From assembly GCA_049968255.1 (NCBI GenBank), contig JBMFRB010000002.1, positions 352,001 to 416,000 of the forward strand: a DNA stretch of 64,000 nt, given 5' to 3'. The translations under genes and the position numbers were made by a program. Below the pieces are notes generated by a model. It searched no databases. It was not told where the DNA came from and saw only the letters and a list, made by a program, of their open reading frames with translations. Each line of letters starts with the position of its first letter. Position 1 is the stretch's first letter. Below, one piece after another: positions 11,776 to 21,891 of the stretch. The stretch is from Candidatus Sumerlaeaceae bacterium (GTDB lineage Bacteria; Sumerlaeota; Sumerlaeia; Sumerlaeales; Sumerlaeaceae).

Positions 11776-12674
11776 TAGCGTTCCTTTTGCAGTACGGATT
11801 CCAGACTCGTTCCCGTAATCCTCCGGAAAATCTCAAGGTATCGGCGCGAGGTCTCGTGAATAACCTCTTGTGGCAATCGCGGTGCGGGCGGTTGCTTATT
11901 CCACCCGATAGATTCAACGTAATCGCGAACAAACTGTTTATCGAGGCTCAACCCCTGCCCTCCCTCAAGGTATGGAGCAGCTTCCCAGAAGCGCGATGAG
12001 TCCGGCGTCAAAGCCTCGTCAATCAGGATAACTTCGCCGTCTGCAAAACCGAACTCAAATTTCGTGTCGCTAATCAAAATGCCTTTAGCGAGCAACTGCT
12101 CGTGCGCAAATGAATAGAGTTCGATGCTCTTGATTCGAAGCATTTCGGCTACTTCCACGCCCACCATTTCAACGACATCTTCGAAACTTATGGGTTGATC
12201 GTGTCCTGATTGGGCTTTCGTGGTGGGCGTGAATATAGGCGTTGGAAGTTTTGCACGGCGCTTCAAACCAGCCGGCAGCCGAATCCCACAGACGGTTTGG
12301 TTCTTCTGATAGTCCTGCCACGCACTCCCCTCTAAATAGCCGCGAACGACGCATTCAACAGTAATAGGTTGCACTTTACGGCAGAGTGAGACACGTCCCC
12401 AAAGATCATCCGTCGCTAAAGAACAGTCGCCGCATGATCTAGGCAGTGCCGTGATCAGGTGATTCGGAACAATGTGTTTCGTGCGCTCGAACCAGTAAGC
12501 ACTAAGCTGATTGAGGACCGGTCCTTTCCATGGGATCGGATCACCGAAGACAACGTCAAAGGCACTGAGGCGATCAGTCGCTACAAGCAGAAGATTCGAC
12601 TCGCAGGCATAAATGTCACGCACCTTTCCGCGGCCAAGGAGCGGGAGAGGTAAGTCAGAACTGTACAAGACCAT
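11775..12674 (-). CDS. purC: SAICAR synthetase
   Basis: GKVRDIY, TDRLSAFD, ECVVRGYL, DTKFEFG, DEALTPDSSRFW, DKQFVRD. Confidence 0.97.
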   Translation of the reverse strand: MVLYSSDLPLPLLGRGKVRDIYACESNLLLVATDRLSAFDVVFGDPIPWKGPVLNQLSAYWFERTKHIVPNHLITALPRSCGDCSLATDDLWGRVSLCRKVQPITVECVVRGYLEGSAWQDYQKNQTVCGIRLPAGLKRRAKLPTPIFTPTTKAQSGHDQPISFEDVVEMVGVEVAEMLRIKSIELYSFAHEQLLAKGILISDTKFEFGFADGEVILIDEALTPDSSRFWEAAPYLEGGQGLSLDKQFVRDYVESIGWNKQPPAPRLPQEVIHETSRRYLEIFRRITGTSLESVLQKER

Positions 12675-12681
12675 TTCTGAG

Positions 12682-12742
12682 CTCCCTAAAAAACAAAAGT
12701 TGGCCCGAGGTCTTTTTCCCTCAGGTCAACACCATGAGGTCC
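12682..12742 (-). promoter_or_regulatory. Putative transcription attenuator in the purC leader
   Basis: Minus strand: GTTGACCTGAGG-loop-CCTCGGGCCAAC then TTTTGTTTTTT, then RBS GGGAG. An alternative hairpin CCTCA(T)GGT-GTTG-ACCTGAGG uses the terminator's left arm. Confidence 0.55.
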
Positions 12743-12827
12743 GACGCGCGCGTGTGTATTGCAATAAATTTTTTGAGCAGCAATCGGCATGCCCAATGTT
12801 TTTTTGACTTGCGAGACCTTTGTTGCG

Positions 12828-13778
12828 CTATCGCGCACGCTCAGTGACTTCTTGAACCAGCGCTTCAACGGCGAGAAGTTTGGCACGCGCTTCCGCCTTT
12901 TGAGGAAAGCCGTCAGCACGTGATATGATATCGTACTCGCTGCGCGCCGCGTTTGCGTAGCCTTCGAATTGCCGCATGTCAAAATTGGGGCCGTCGGGGT
13001 CGGCCTTGATCATGTATTGTGTCGCCAGTTCAAAATAGAAATCAGCCAACATCATGCGATGCCGGTAACGTTGCTTTGAATCTTTGTTCTGTTCGATATT
13101 TCGGCGGAGCTGGGCCAGGGCATCATCGGTCGTATAGGGCTGGATAAATCTCATGGTGACGTAAAACTCTGCGAGGAGCAATTGCGCCCGCTCGCGCTCG
13201 AGCAGTGCGAGGCATTGAGAGTGCGTACCCTTGAGCTCAGCCACCAAGTCATCAAGATCGCGAATGAGTTTGCTGAGGTCACGTTCGTAGGTGCGCAGTC
13301 CAGAGCGGTCGAGGCTTTGGCGCACGACACGAATAAAACGCCGCATGCGCTCTGCGCCTTCTGACGCACTCTTCGCTATGTTTGGATCAGATGATTTGGC
13401 CGCTTTTTCGTAATTTGCGAGTGCTTCTTCGTAGGCTGTGAGCTTTTCGAAGGCTTGGGCCTTCGCCAGGCTCACAATATCTGGCAACTTTTTTGGATAG
13501 AGAGTCTCGTAATTTGCTAACCGAATTAAGGCTGCGCGAAAAATGTTTTGTCCCGTAAAATCCTGAGGGTAGGGATAGCGATACACGTCATCAGCAAGAT
13601 GGCGCTGGATATCTGCGACAATAATGAGAAGATTCTCCGTTGGTTGGGCCACGCTGGGCTGCTGCGTTTTATCGCGCTTGAAAGGGCCGCCTAAGGCAAG
13701 AGCACCAATTGCAGCTAGGGCGATTACTACTCCCCACCGCCAACGAGCGTTGGGTGAAGTGGGGCGTTGCCTCATCAT
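12828..13778 (-). CDS. Hypothetical membrane-anchored helical (TPR-like) protein
   Basis: N-terminal TM WGVVIALAAIGALAL; helical repeats such as YEEALANYEKA and LADFYFELA; start 7 nt after the suhB stop. Confidence 0.7.
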   Translation of the reverse strand: MMRQRPTSPNARWRWGVVIALAAIGALALGGPFKRDKTQQPSVAQPTENLLIIVADIQRHLADDVYRYPYPQDFTGQNIFRAALIRLANYETLYPKKLPDIVSLAKAQAFEKLTAYEEALANYEKAAKSSDPNIAKSASEGAERMRRFIRVVRQSLDRSGLRTYERDLSKLIRDLDDLVAELKGTHSQCLALLERERAQLLLAEFYVTMRFIQPYTTDDALAQLRRNIEQNKDSKQRYRHRMMLADFYFELATQYMIKADPDGPNFDMRQFEGYANAARSEYDIISRADGFPQKAEARAKLLAVEALVQEVTERAR

Positions 13779-13785
13779 TCTAAAA

Positions 13786-14580
13786 TTAGTCCGTGAGTTT
13801 GTGGGCATTGCTCAACCACGTCAGGAATTCCTCGTGAACCAATCCATTCGAACAAACCAATTCTTTTTCATAAGGGGAGAATTTGCCGCCCGAAAAATTG
13901 GTCACTTTACCATTGGCCTCTTCCACAATGAGCCAGCCCGCAGCTGTGTCCCACGGATTCAAGTTGCGCTGCCAGAAAACTTCCATTCGGCCGCATGCAA
14001 CGAAGCACATATCAAGGGCAGCCGCCCCGAGGCGCAAAATTCCGTGGACCTTGCCCAAAAAATATCCGACCTCTCTAAGACACAATTGCAGGACATGTCG
14101 GTCTGAGTGCGGAAAGCCTGTAACCAAAAGGCTGCGAGGGAGATTTCCGACGGAAGATACCCGAATCCGCTTTTCATTCAAGGTGGCGCCAGCCCCGGCT
14201 TCGGCAAGAAACCTTTCTTCGCTGACAGGGTTGTATACTCCTGCCACGCAAATTTTGCCTTTGTGTTCAAGTGCCACGGAGACGGCAAAAATCGGGACAG
14301 AGTGCGCGAAATTGGTCGTGCCATCGAGAGGGTCGATAATCCAGCGAAAATCTGAGCCAGGAGCGGGCTCAAGACCCTGCTCCTCTCCTAAAATTTCATG
14401 CAAAGGGTAGGCGCCTTTCAGGACAGCTCGGACGGCTGCCTCGCTTTCGCGATCAGCAATTGTCACGAGATCTCGTTCCGAGCTTTTCGTGTCATAACGT
14501 TCGAGTTTGCCATAGTAGCGCAAGAGCGCTTCGCCACCGGCGTTCAATGCTTTATCGAGGACTGCGATGTAATCATTCAT
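13786..14580 (-). CDS. suhB: Inositol monophosphatase family protein
   Basis: DLVTIADRESE, GEE, WIIDPLDGTTNFAH, GAAALD, WDTAAG. Confidence 0.9.
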   Translation of the reverse strand: MNDYIAVLDKALNAGGEALLRYYGKLERYDTKSSERDLVTIADRESEAAVRAVLKGAYPLHEILGEEQGLEPAPGSDFRWIIDPLDGTTNFAHSVPIFAVSVALEHKGKICVAGVYNPVSEERFLAEAGAGATLNEKRIRVSSVGNLPRSLLVTGFPHSDRHVLQLCLREVGYFLGKVHGILRLGAAALDMCFVACGRMEVFWQRNLNPWDTAAGWLIVEEANGKVTNFSGGKFSPYEKELVCSNGLVHEEFLTWLSNAHKLTD

Positions 14581-14721
14581 CACAGTGATTATCGTTCATA
14601 TGGACTGATGGCCATAAGCAAGTCCGCTTTTTCTTCAGCCCCTTTCAAAACAGAGCCAAAAGGGACATGAATAGGTGCAATTTTATGTTCTAAGTATCTG
14701 AAAGAAAGTGAGGTCGTGACG

Positions 14722-14976
14722 ATGCCATCAATGGGATTGCAAGAATGGGTCTTTCTTTTCATCATCGTTTTGATCATCTTTGGTCCGAGCAGCTTGCCGA
14801 AAGTGGGACGCGCTTTGGGCAAGGGAATCCGCGAATTCAAGGATGCGGTTAGCGGGATTGGTTCAACAATTGAGCAAGAAGATGCGGAAAAGAAAAAGCA
14901 AGAGCACGGGGGCATCACGCCCATTGCGCGTAGTGGGGACGAAAAAGAGAACCCGTCGCACGCTGGCCAAGGTTGA
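14722..14976 (+). CDS. tatA: Twin-arginine translocase subunit TatA
   Basis: TM helix followed by FGPSSLPKVGRALGKGIREFK; upstream of tatC. Confidence 0.93.
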   Translation: MPSMGLQEWVFLFIIVLIIFGPSSLPKVGRALGKGIREFKDAVSGIGSTIEQEDAEKKKQEHGGITPIARSGDEKENPSHAGQG

Positions 14977-15000
14977 TGGCTAGAATCCGGTAGTAACGAA

Positions 15001-15981
15001 ATGCGTAACGTGATAGACCGGGAAGAAGAGGAAGCAGAGGAGGGTGGGAGAGTTCTTTCTTTTACTGAGCATCTCGAAGAATTGAGGCGTCGCATTATTG
15101 TGACGCTTGTTTTTTTTGCCGCGTGCTTTGTCGGTGGTTTTTTCGTTGCGCCTCATGTCATCACAATCCTTATCGCCCCACTCACCCACATAGAAGCGCC
15201 AGTGCATGACGAGGCAACAATTCAGCTTCAGGTGGATGCAGATGGCCGGCTTCGAGCCTCACCAAACTTTCTCGACGCTATTTCCAGCGGAGCCCAGACT
15301 GGCAAGCAGGTGTCGGTACAATCGCTTGCTTTGAAAGCAGGAGATAAAACATTCGTATTTTCTGGTTCTACGAAAACACCGTCTTCTTTGTTTTTTCTCT
15401 CTCCCATCGAGCCATTTTCACTCCTCGTGAAAGGTGCACTTTTTGTGGCGGCACTTCTAGCCATTCCGATGGCTGTTTATCAACTCTGGCTATTTGTGGC
15501 GCCAGGTCTGCTACCGCGAGAGAGACGCATCGTGCGGCCGATCTTGATCGGCGCCTTGGTGCTTTTCCCCCTTGGTGCAAGTTTTGCTTACGCAGTATCG
15601 CACGTGATGTTGAAGCTTTTACTCGGATTTGGCGATTACATTCCTGGGCTACAACCAAACATCGTCGCGTCGCACTATTTGAGTTTTATCCTCACCCTGA
15701 TGCTGGGGTTTGGTTTGGTTTTTGAGTTTCCTTTGCTTCTTTTACTCCTGGCCCGTCTGGGGCTGATCAGTTCCCGTATGTTGGCCGAGCGACGAAAATA
15801 TGCGATAGTTGTCATTGCCTTCGTTGCTGCTGCGGTGACCCCCACTCCGGATGCACTCAACATGCTAATCATGATGGCGCCATTGATCATCCTCTACGAG
15901 GTTTCGATCTGGGCGATTCGTCTGATTGAACCGCACAGCGGCAATACTTCTGCGCATTGGCCAGTGGAAGAAACACCTTGA
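15001..15981 (+). CDS. tatC: Twin-arginine translocase subunit TatC
   Basis: EHLEELRRR, YQLWLFVAPGL, FEFPL, AAVTPTPD, LYEVSI. Confidence 0.95.
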   Translation: MRNVIDREEEEAEEGGRVLSFTEHLEELRRRIIVTLVFFAACFVGGFFVAPHVITILIAPLTHIEAPVHDEATIQLQVDADGRLRASPNFLDAISSGAQTGKQVSVQSLALKAGDKTFVFSGSTKTPSSLFFLSPIEPFSLLVKGALFVAALLAIPMAVYQLWLFVAPGLLPRERRIVRPILIGALVLFPLGASFAYAVSHVMLKLLLGFGDYIPGLQPNIVASHYLSFILTLMLGFGLVFEFPLLLLLLARLGLISSRMLAERRKYAIVVIAFVAAAVTPTPDALNMLIMMAPLIILYEVSIWAIRLIEPHSGNTSAHWPVEETP

Positions 15982-16031
15982 TTCTGCTTTGACAGCCACC
16001 AAGCAGTTCGCAGAAAAGACATGGCACGACA

Positions 16032-16970
16032 ATGCGAGAGGGAATCGTCAGCCCAAATAAACGGTTGCTTATCGCAAGCGCTGATCCGCATATGCGCCAT
16101 ATTTTGCGCAACTTTTTTTCGCGATTTTTAACAGTAGAAATCGCCGAGACAGCGAATGAAGCTGTCATGGCAGTTGAGGGAAGTGCTGTCGAGTTCGATG
16201 CACTTTTCGTGGATATGAGTATACCACCTTCTGGTATTGAACTCGTTGCCCGCATCCGTCGAGAATTTCCTCACATTCCCGTGGCACTTCTCACGAGCAA
16301 TGAATACGAACATCAATTCAATTTGCTAAATAGATATGATATTTTCTGTGTTTTGGTAAAGACCATTCCCCTCGACTTCGATGAACTCCAGCTCGCTGTC
16401 GAGAACTTGCTCGTCCCAGCGAAAGCATTCGGCCTCGCACGGTATTTGCGCCCGCCGTGCGATATCCGGGAAAAAGTCATACAGACATTAGCGGATAAGC
16501 AGATGATGATGGAAGAGGCTCTCGAACTGTTTCGGCGCTATCGGCCTCACGATACGGACATTTCGCAAATCCGCCTTGCTTTCGAGGAGCTAATCAATAA
16601 TGCTATCTATCACGCGTTTCGGCGCGCAACGGGGGATGAAAAGTATAAGCTGGGTGCCTTTGAACGACTCGAACGTGGGGAGGTCATCCGTGTCGAATTT
16701 GGTGCCGACAAACGTTTCGTTGGCTGCAGTGTGACCGATAATCAGGGGACGATGGAAGAAGGAACGGTCATGAAGAAAATTGAGCGACAAATCACACAAG
16801 AAGGTCTTCTCGACGAAAGCGGGCGGGGGCTCTACCTAACCAGGACCCTCTCGGATAAGATGATCATAAATATTCACCCCCATGTGGCCACCCAGCTCAT
16901 CCTTCTTTTTGCGCATAGAGATCGCCCAAAAATCAAGCCGTTCTACCTCAACCTTGTGCGGACGCTTTGA
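16032..16970 (+). CDS. Receiver domain fused to an RsbW-like anti-sigma kinase (HATPase_c_2) domain
   Basis: REC features FVDMSIP, LLTS, VK; C-terminal EELINNAIYHA, VTDNQG, ESGRGLYL with no HisKA. Confidence 0.75.
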   Translation: MREGIVSPNKRLLIASADPHMRHILRNFFSRFLTVEIAETANEAVMAVEGSAVEFDALFVDMSIPPSGIELVARIRREFPHIPVALLTSNEYEHQFNLLNRYDIFCVLVKTIPLDFDELQLAVENLLVPAKAFGLARYLRPPCDIREKVIQTLADKQMMMEEALELFRRYRPHDTDISQIRLAFEELINNAIYHAFRRATGDEKYKLGAFERLERGEVIRVEFGADKRFVGCSVTDNQGTMEEGTVMKKIERQITQEGLLDESGRGLYLTRTLSDKMIINIHPHVATQLILLFAHRDRPKIKPFYLNLVRTL

Positions 16971-16982
16971 ATACTGCCGTGG

Positions 16983-17909
16983 TCAGGGAAGGCTTGAGGA
17001 AATGCCACGAGGCGACGCTGTCGAACTCACGACTGGTTCGGCTCCGGGCGCATAGGGCGAGAGTTGGGCTGGCTCCGATGGGACACGTTCAAGTACGTGG
17101 ACCCTGCTACCGTCCACGACGATAGGGCCGCGCCATTGTCTGGACTTGGCGAGCTCTTGGGTCGGCACTGCTTGATTGGGATTTCTTGCGACGTCTTTCG
17201 TTGGTTCGGGAGCTCGCGAATACTGCACCACAGCTGTTCCTTGAGAAGGTACGAGGGAATATTTGGTCGGCGCCAGAAAGTTCGTCCTGTTGCTCCCCTG
17301 TCCGAGGTTCATCGCTCGCTCCAATTGGACTGTCTGCATCTGCGCCACCCGAAGTTTCGTCTCATAGGACGGATCGTTTTGACGTTTTTCGACCCACCCT
17401 CGCACTTCCCGCAAATGCTTTGGATCAGTGAGGGTTTGCACGAGCTGCGCGGCAGAATCGCCAATGAGCCATTTTTTCGGATAATGCTTTTCCATGACCT
17501 CGCGAGCGGTTCTCAGTGCCAGCTGGCGATTCTCTTCCATCAATTCCGTAGTGGGGCTGGCTTCCATGCGCATGGCATAAATTTGCGCGATGAGGAAATG
17601 GTGAACCGCCCGGCGCTCTGGATCAGCTCCCTCGCAATTTGTAACCTCACGCGCCACACGAAGCGCTTCCTCGTATTCTTCGGCTTGGATGAGCTTCTTG
17701 CATAACTCCTCCAAGCCCTTGGAACGTGTCTCGGGATCTCGCGCCGCCTGAACGTCCGCCTTGCACTGCGCAATAGTGCGCTGGAGCGCCAACCGGTGGC
17801 CAGGCGCTAATGCTTTGGTACGATAGAGAGAATCCCCCAACGCTAATGAGGAGAGCACTAGCATCGCCAAAAAGCTCCAGATAAACTTTACTCCTCTGCG
17901 GTGGCTCAT
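16983..17909 (-). CDS. Hypothetical secreted helical protein
   Basis: Signal peptide MSHRRGVKFIWSFLAMLVLSSLALG; start overlaps the kinase stop codon. Confidence 0.65.
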   Translation of the reverse strand: MSHRRGVKFIWSFLAMLVLSSLALGDSLYRTKALAPGHRLALQRTIAQCKADVQAARDPETRSKGLEELCKKLIQAEEYEEALRVAREVTNCEGADPERRAVHHFLIAQIYAMRMEASPTTELMEENRQLALRTAREVMEKHYPKKWLIGDSAAQLVQTLTDPKHLREVRGWVEKRQNDPSYETKLRVAQMQTVQLERAMNLGQGSNRTNFLAPTKYSLVPSQGTAVVQYSRAPEPTKDVARNPNQAVPTQELAKSRQWRGPIVVDGSRVHVLERVPSEPAQLSPYAPGAEPVVSSTASPRGISSSLP

Positions 17910-19042
17910 TCCTCTGTCTCCACAGCATCGCATTTAGCCTTTAATGGGACATAAAGCCGGAATGTTGTCAATTCGTTTGGCGTGCTCTGAACTTCGATAG
18001 CCCCTCCGTGAAGTTCAACGATGTAGCGTGTGATATACAGCCCAAGCCCGCTGCCCTCGATTCCCCCATGAGCATCACTGCGGCGGTATTTCTCAAAGAT
18101 TTGCGGCAGGTCCTCTGGCGCAATACCGCTGCCAGTGTTAGTCACAGCCACCAGGACTGTGTCGCAAGCGAGCGGAGATTCCGTGGCTGGCACAAAACGC
18201 GTAAGAATGGTAATGGTTCCACCAACTGGTGTAAACTTGTAAGCGTTACCGACGACATTGCTTACAGCGCGGAAGAGAAGATTCTCGTCGGCCATGACAG
18301 GCGGCAGGTTGTCGGCCAGGTCCGTAGTTACTGTTAGGGATTTTCGTTCCGCATCGGCCTGAAATACACACACAAGGTCCTCGACAAGGAAATTGAGCTG
18401 TACCTGGCGGAGAAAAAGCCGGAGTTTACCGCCTTCGATTTTACATGATGTTAAAAAGTTATCAATGAGAGACAGAATCTTCAACGCATTTGAGTGGATC
18501 GTTTGAACGAATTCTTTCGCGCGTGGATTCAACTGTCCAGTGGTTTTATCAAAGATAAGAGAAGCATAGCCGATGATCGAGGAGAGCGGAATTTTGATGT
18601 CATGGGTGATCATTGAAATAAGATCTTCGCGGAAACGCTGAGCTTCCACTGCCGCGAAAGCGCGTTCCACGGTCTTACGCAGCTGTTCAAACTCAAACGG
18701 CTTGGGCAAGTAGTCAAACGCTTTGTGATGGACGGCTTGGATGGCACTTTCTGTCGAAGCGTGTCCAGTGATGATGATAAAAGCCGTGTGCCGACTGTCT
18801 CCCACCGATCGCATGATTTCGAAACCATCCGCATCGTCCATTCGGAGATCGGTGATCACGACAGGATAATCTTGCGCTGCGAGTTTTTGGATCGCCTCAT
18901 TGCCACCAAGAGCAGTGTCCACGACATACCCGCAGGATGACAGCAATGTGCGCAGGCTCTCGACCATGCGCTTTTCGTCATCGACAACAAGAATGCGCCG
19001 CTCGGTCTGCGGAGGAGGCGAAATGATCTTGGTTTCATTCAT
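17906..19042 (-). CDS. Hybrid histidine kinase (REC-HisKA-HATPase), cytoplasmic
   Basis: ILVVDDE, ITDLRM, YLPKPF; H-box THDIKIPL; NVVGNAYKF; GSGLGL; no TM segment. Confidence 0.92.
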   Translation of the reverse strand: MNETKIISPPPQTERRILVVDDEKRMVESLRTLLSSCGYVVDTALGGNEAIQKLAAQDYPVVITDLRMDDADGFEIMRSVGDSRHTAFIIITGHASTESAIQAVHHKAFDYLPKPFEFEQLRKTVERAFAAVEAQRFREDLISMITHDIKIPLSSIIGYASLIFDKTTGQLNPRAKEFVQTIHSNALKILSLIDNFLTSCKIEGGKLRLFLRQVQLNFLVEDLVCVFQADAERKSLTVTTDLADNLPPVMADENLLFRAVSNVVGNAYKFTPVGGTITILTRFVPATESPLACDTVLVAVTNTGSGIAPEDLPQIFEKYRRSDAHGGIEGSGLGLYITRYIVELHGGAIEVQSTPNELTTFRLYVPLKAKCDAVETEE

Positions 19043-19161
19043 CGGTTGTATCTACTGAGTGCATAAAAGCCGGGCAACTCGCTGCGTTCAAAAAAATTGC
19101 CCGAAACGTATTACCAGAGCAATCAAGTTTGACCACCTGTGAAGCGCTGGAGGCAAGCAAA

Positions 19162-19710
19162 ATGACCGACAGGCTAACTCATCTTGACGCGCAAGGGGCG
19201 GCTCAAATGGTCGACTTAGGCCAGAAACAGCCCTCCCTTCGCGAAGCCACCGCCGAGGGTGTGCTTGTCCTAACCCCCAAGGTGTGGGAGGCCGTTTGCG
19301 AAGGAAAATTCCCTAAGGGAGAACTCTGGAACACTGCGCGAGTTGCAGGAATTCTTGCCGCAAAGCGGACTCATGAACTCATCCCCCTGTGCCACGCATT
19401 GCAGCTGCGTTCGGTAAACGTAAACTTTGCTCTCGACTCTACGCGTAAACAGATTGTCGCGCGAGCTCGCGTAGCTGCCCTTGAGGTCACCGGCGTGGAA
19501 ATGGAAGCACTCGTCGCGACTTCAGCGGCCTTACTTACCTTGTACGACATGCTCAAAGCAGTGGACAAAGGGATGCAAATCGGGCCAATTCGACTGCTTA
19601 GCAAATCTGGCGGCAAATCTGGCACATACGTAGCGCCTAGCGAAAGCTGGTTTTCGTCAGCGGATTTTTCCATACAGGGCGAATCCGAGGCGAAAGCATG
19701 CGCAGAATGA
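19162..19710 (+). CDS. moaC: Cyclic pyranopterin monophosphate synthase MoaC
   Basis: LTHLD...MVD, AAKRTHELIPLCH, TGVEMEAL, LYDMLKAVD, KSGGKSG. Confidence 0.96.
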   Translation: MTDRLTHLDAQGAAQMVDLGQKQPSLREATAEGVLVLTPKVWEAVCEGKFPKGELWNTARVAGILAAKRTHELIPLCHALQLRSVNVNFALDSTRKQIVARARVAALEVTGVEMEALVATSAALLTLYDMLKAVDKGMQIGPIRLLSKSGGKSGTYVAPSESWFSSADFSIQGESEAKACAE

Positions 19711-19888
19711 CGGCAACGGCTCACTTTTTGCGATTATTCAAGAAGATTGCATTTAGATCGCTCCAATAACTTGCCTTATTGTTTAATAAGGAAAAAATCG
19801 TTGGAGCGTCGTGTGTTTTTTCTGAAGCTTTCGCCGCCGCTAGCGTATGGCTACTTGTACAGCAAGATGTTGCACCAAGCGGTAGTAG

Positions 19889-20938
<1,050 letters not shown>

Positions 20939-20989
20939 GAGGAAGGCTCCGGTGAGATCCAGTTTAGATAAAAGCGACTAAAAAAGCGC

Positions 20990-21021
20990 GGGCGGGGAAG
21001 GTCCATTGTTCCCCGCCCTTT
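20990..21021 (+). terminator. Hairpin or partial terminator between gap and tpiA
   Basis: Perfect 10-bp stem GGGCGGGGAA / TTCCCCGCCC followed by TTT. Confidence 0.6.
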
Positions 21022-21079
21022 GTGCTGCGCATCCTTCGCAACGAACATCAGAGCACCTCCAAGAAAGGATTATACTGCA

Positions 21080-21835
21080 ATGGCTCGAAAGCCCATCATC
21101 GCTGGGAACTGGAAAATGCACAAGACGCGGCGTGAAGCCGCGGATTTAGCTAATGCGTTGGCTGCTCAACTTGGTACCTACGAGGCGGTCGAGGTGGTGT
21201 TATGTCCTCCTTACACGGCACTGGAAACGGTTGCAGCCGCGATTCGCGGAACACGCATCAGCTTGGGGGCCCAAAACTGCCACTGGGCCGATTCAGGAGC
21301 TTTTACGGGGGAAGTTTCGGCGCCAATGCTCGTGGACGTTGGGTGCAAATACGTGATTATCGGGCATTCGGAACGTCGGCAGTATTTTGCCGAAACCGAC
21401 GAATCCATCAATAAAAAGGCGCAGGCAGCTTACAAGCACGGCCTCACACCCATTATTTGCGTGGGCGAAACGCTTGAAGAGCGCCAGGCCGGCCGCACAG
21501 AGCAGGTCGTTACGACTCAGATAAAGGGCTGTCTCAACGGGTTACCAGCTGAAAAAGTTGCCCAGAGCGTGATTGCATACGAGCCAGTCTGGGCAATTGG
21601 CACGGGGCAAACGGCCACAAAAGAACAGGCTCAGCAAGTGCATGCTCTCATTCGCGGCCTTGTTGCCAAGATGTTTTCCCCAGAGGTTGCCGGAGAAATC
21701 CGCATTCAGTATGGGGGAAGTGTCAAGCCTCAAAACATTCGTGAACTCATGGCGCAGCCAGATATAGATGGGGCGCTCGTGGGTGGCGCCAGCCTTGAAG
21801 CGGATTCATTTGCGTCAATCGTTCGCTATGAATAA
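21080..21835 (+). CDS. tpiA: Triosephosphate isomerase
   Basis: AGNWKM, GAFTGEVS, IGHSERR, AYEPVWAIGTG, YGGSV, LVGGASL. Confidence 0.98.
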   Translation: MARKPIIAGNWKMHKTRREAADLANALAAQLGTYEAVEVVLCPPYTALETVAAAIRGTRISLGAQNCHWADSGAFTGEVSAPMLVDVGCKYVIIGHSERRQYFAETDESINKKAQAAYKHGLTPIICVGETLEERQAGRTEQVVTTQIKGCLNGLPAEKVAQSVIAYEPVWAIGTGQTATKEQAQQVHALIRGLVAKMFSPEVAGEIRIQYGGSVKPQNIRELMAQPDIDGALVGGASLEADSFASIVRYE

Positions 21836-21891
21836 GTCGCAATCGTAGCAAATTAGCAAGCTAACAATCCGATAGGAGGCAGGAAGTAGCC

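Noticed and set aside
17064-17705. 213-aa ORF and other long overlapping ORFs (29216-29911, 30767-31453, 52992-53720, 59789-60481)
   Set aside because: Antisense to well-supported genes, with no recognisable motifs.
19043-19161. CGGGCAA...TTGCCCG inverted repeat upstream of moaC as a Moco riboswitch
   Set aside because: Space is short, shared with a divergent promoter, and lacks the multi-stem structure.
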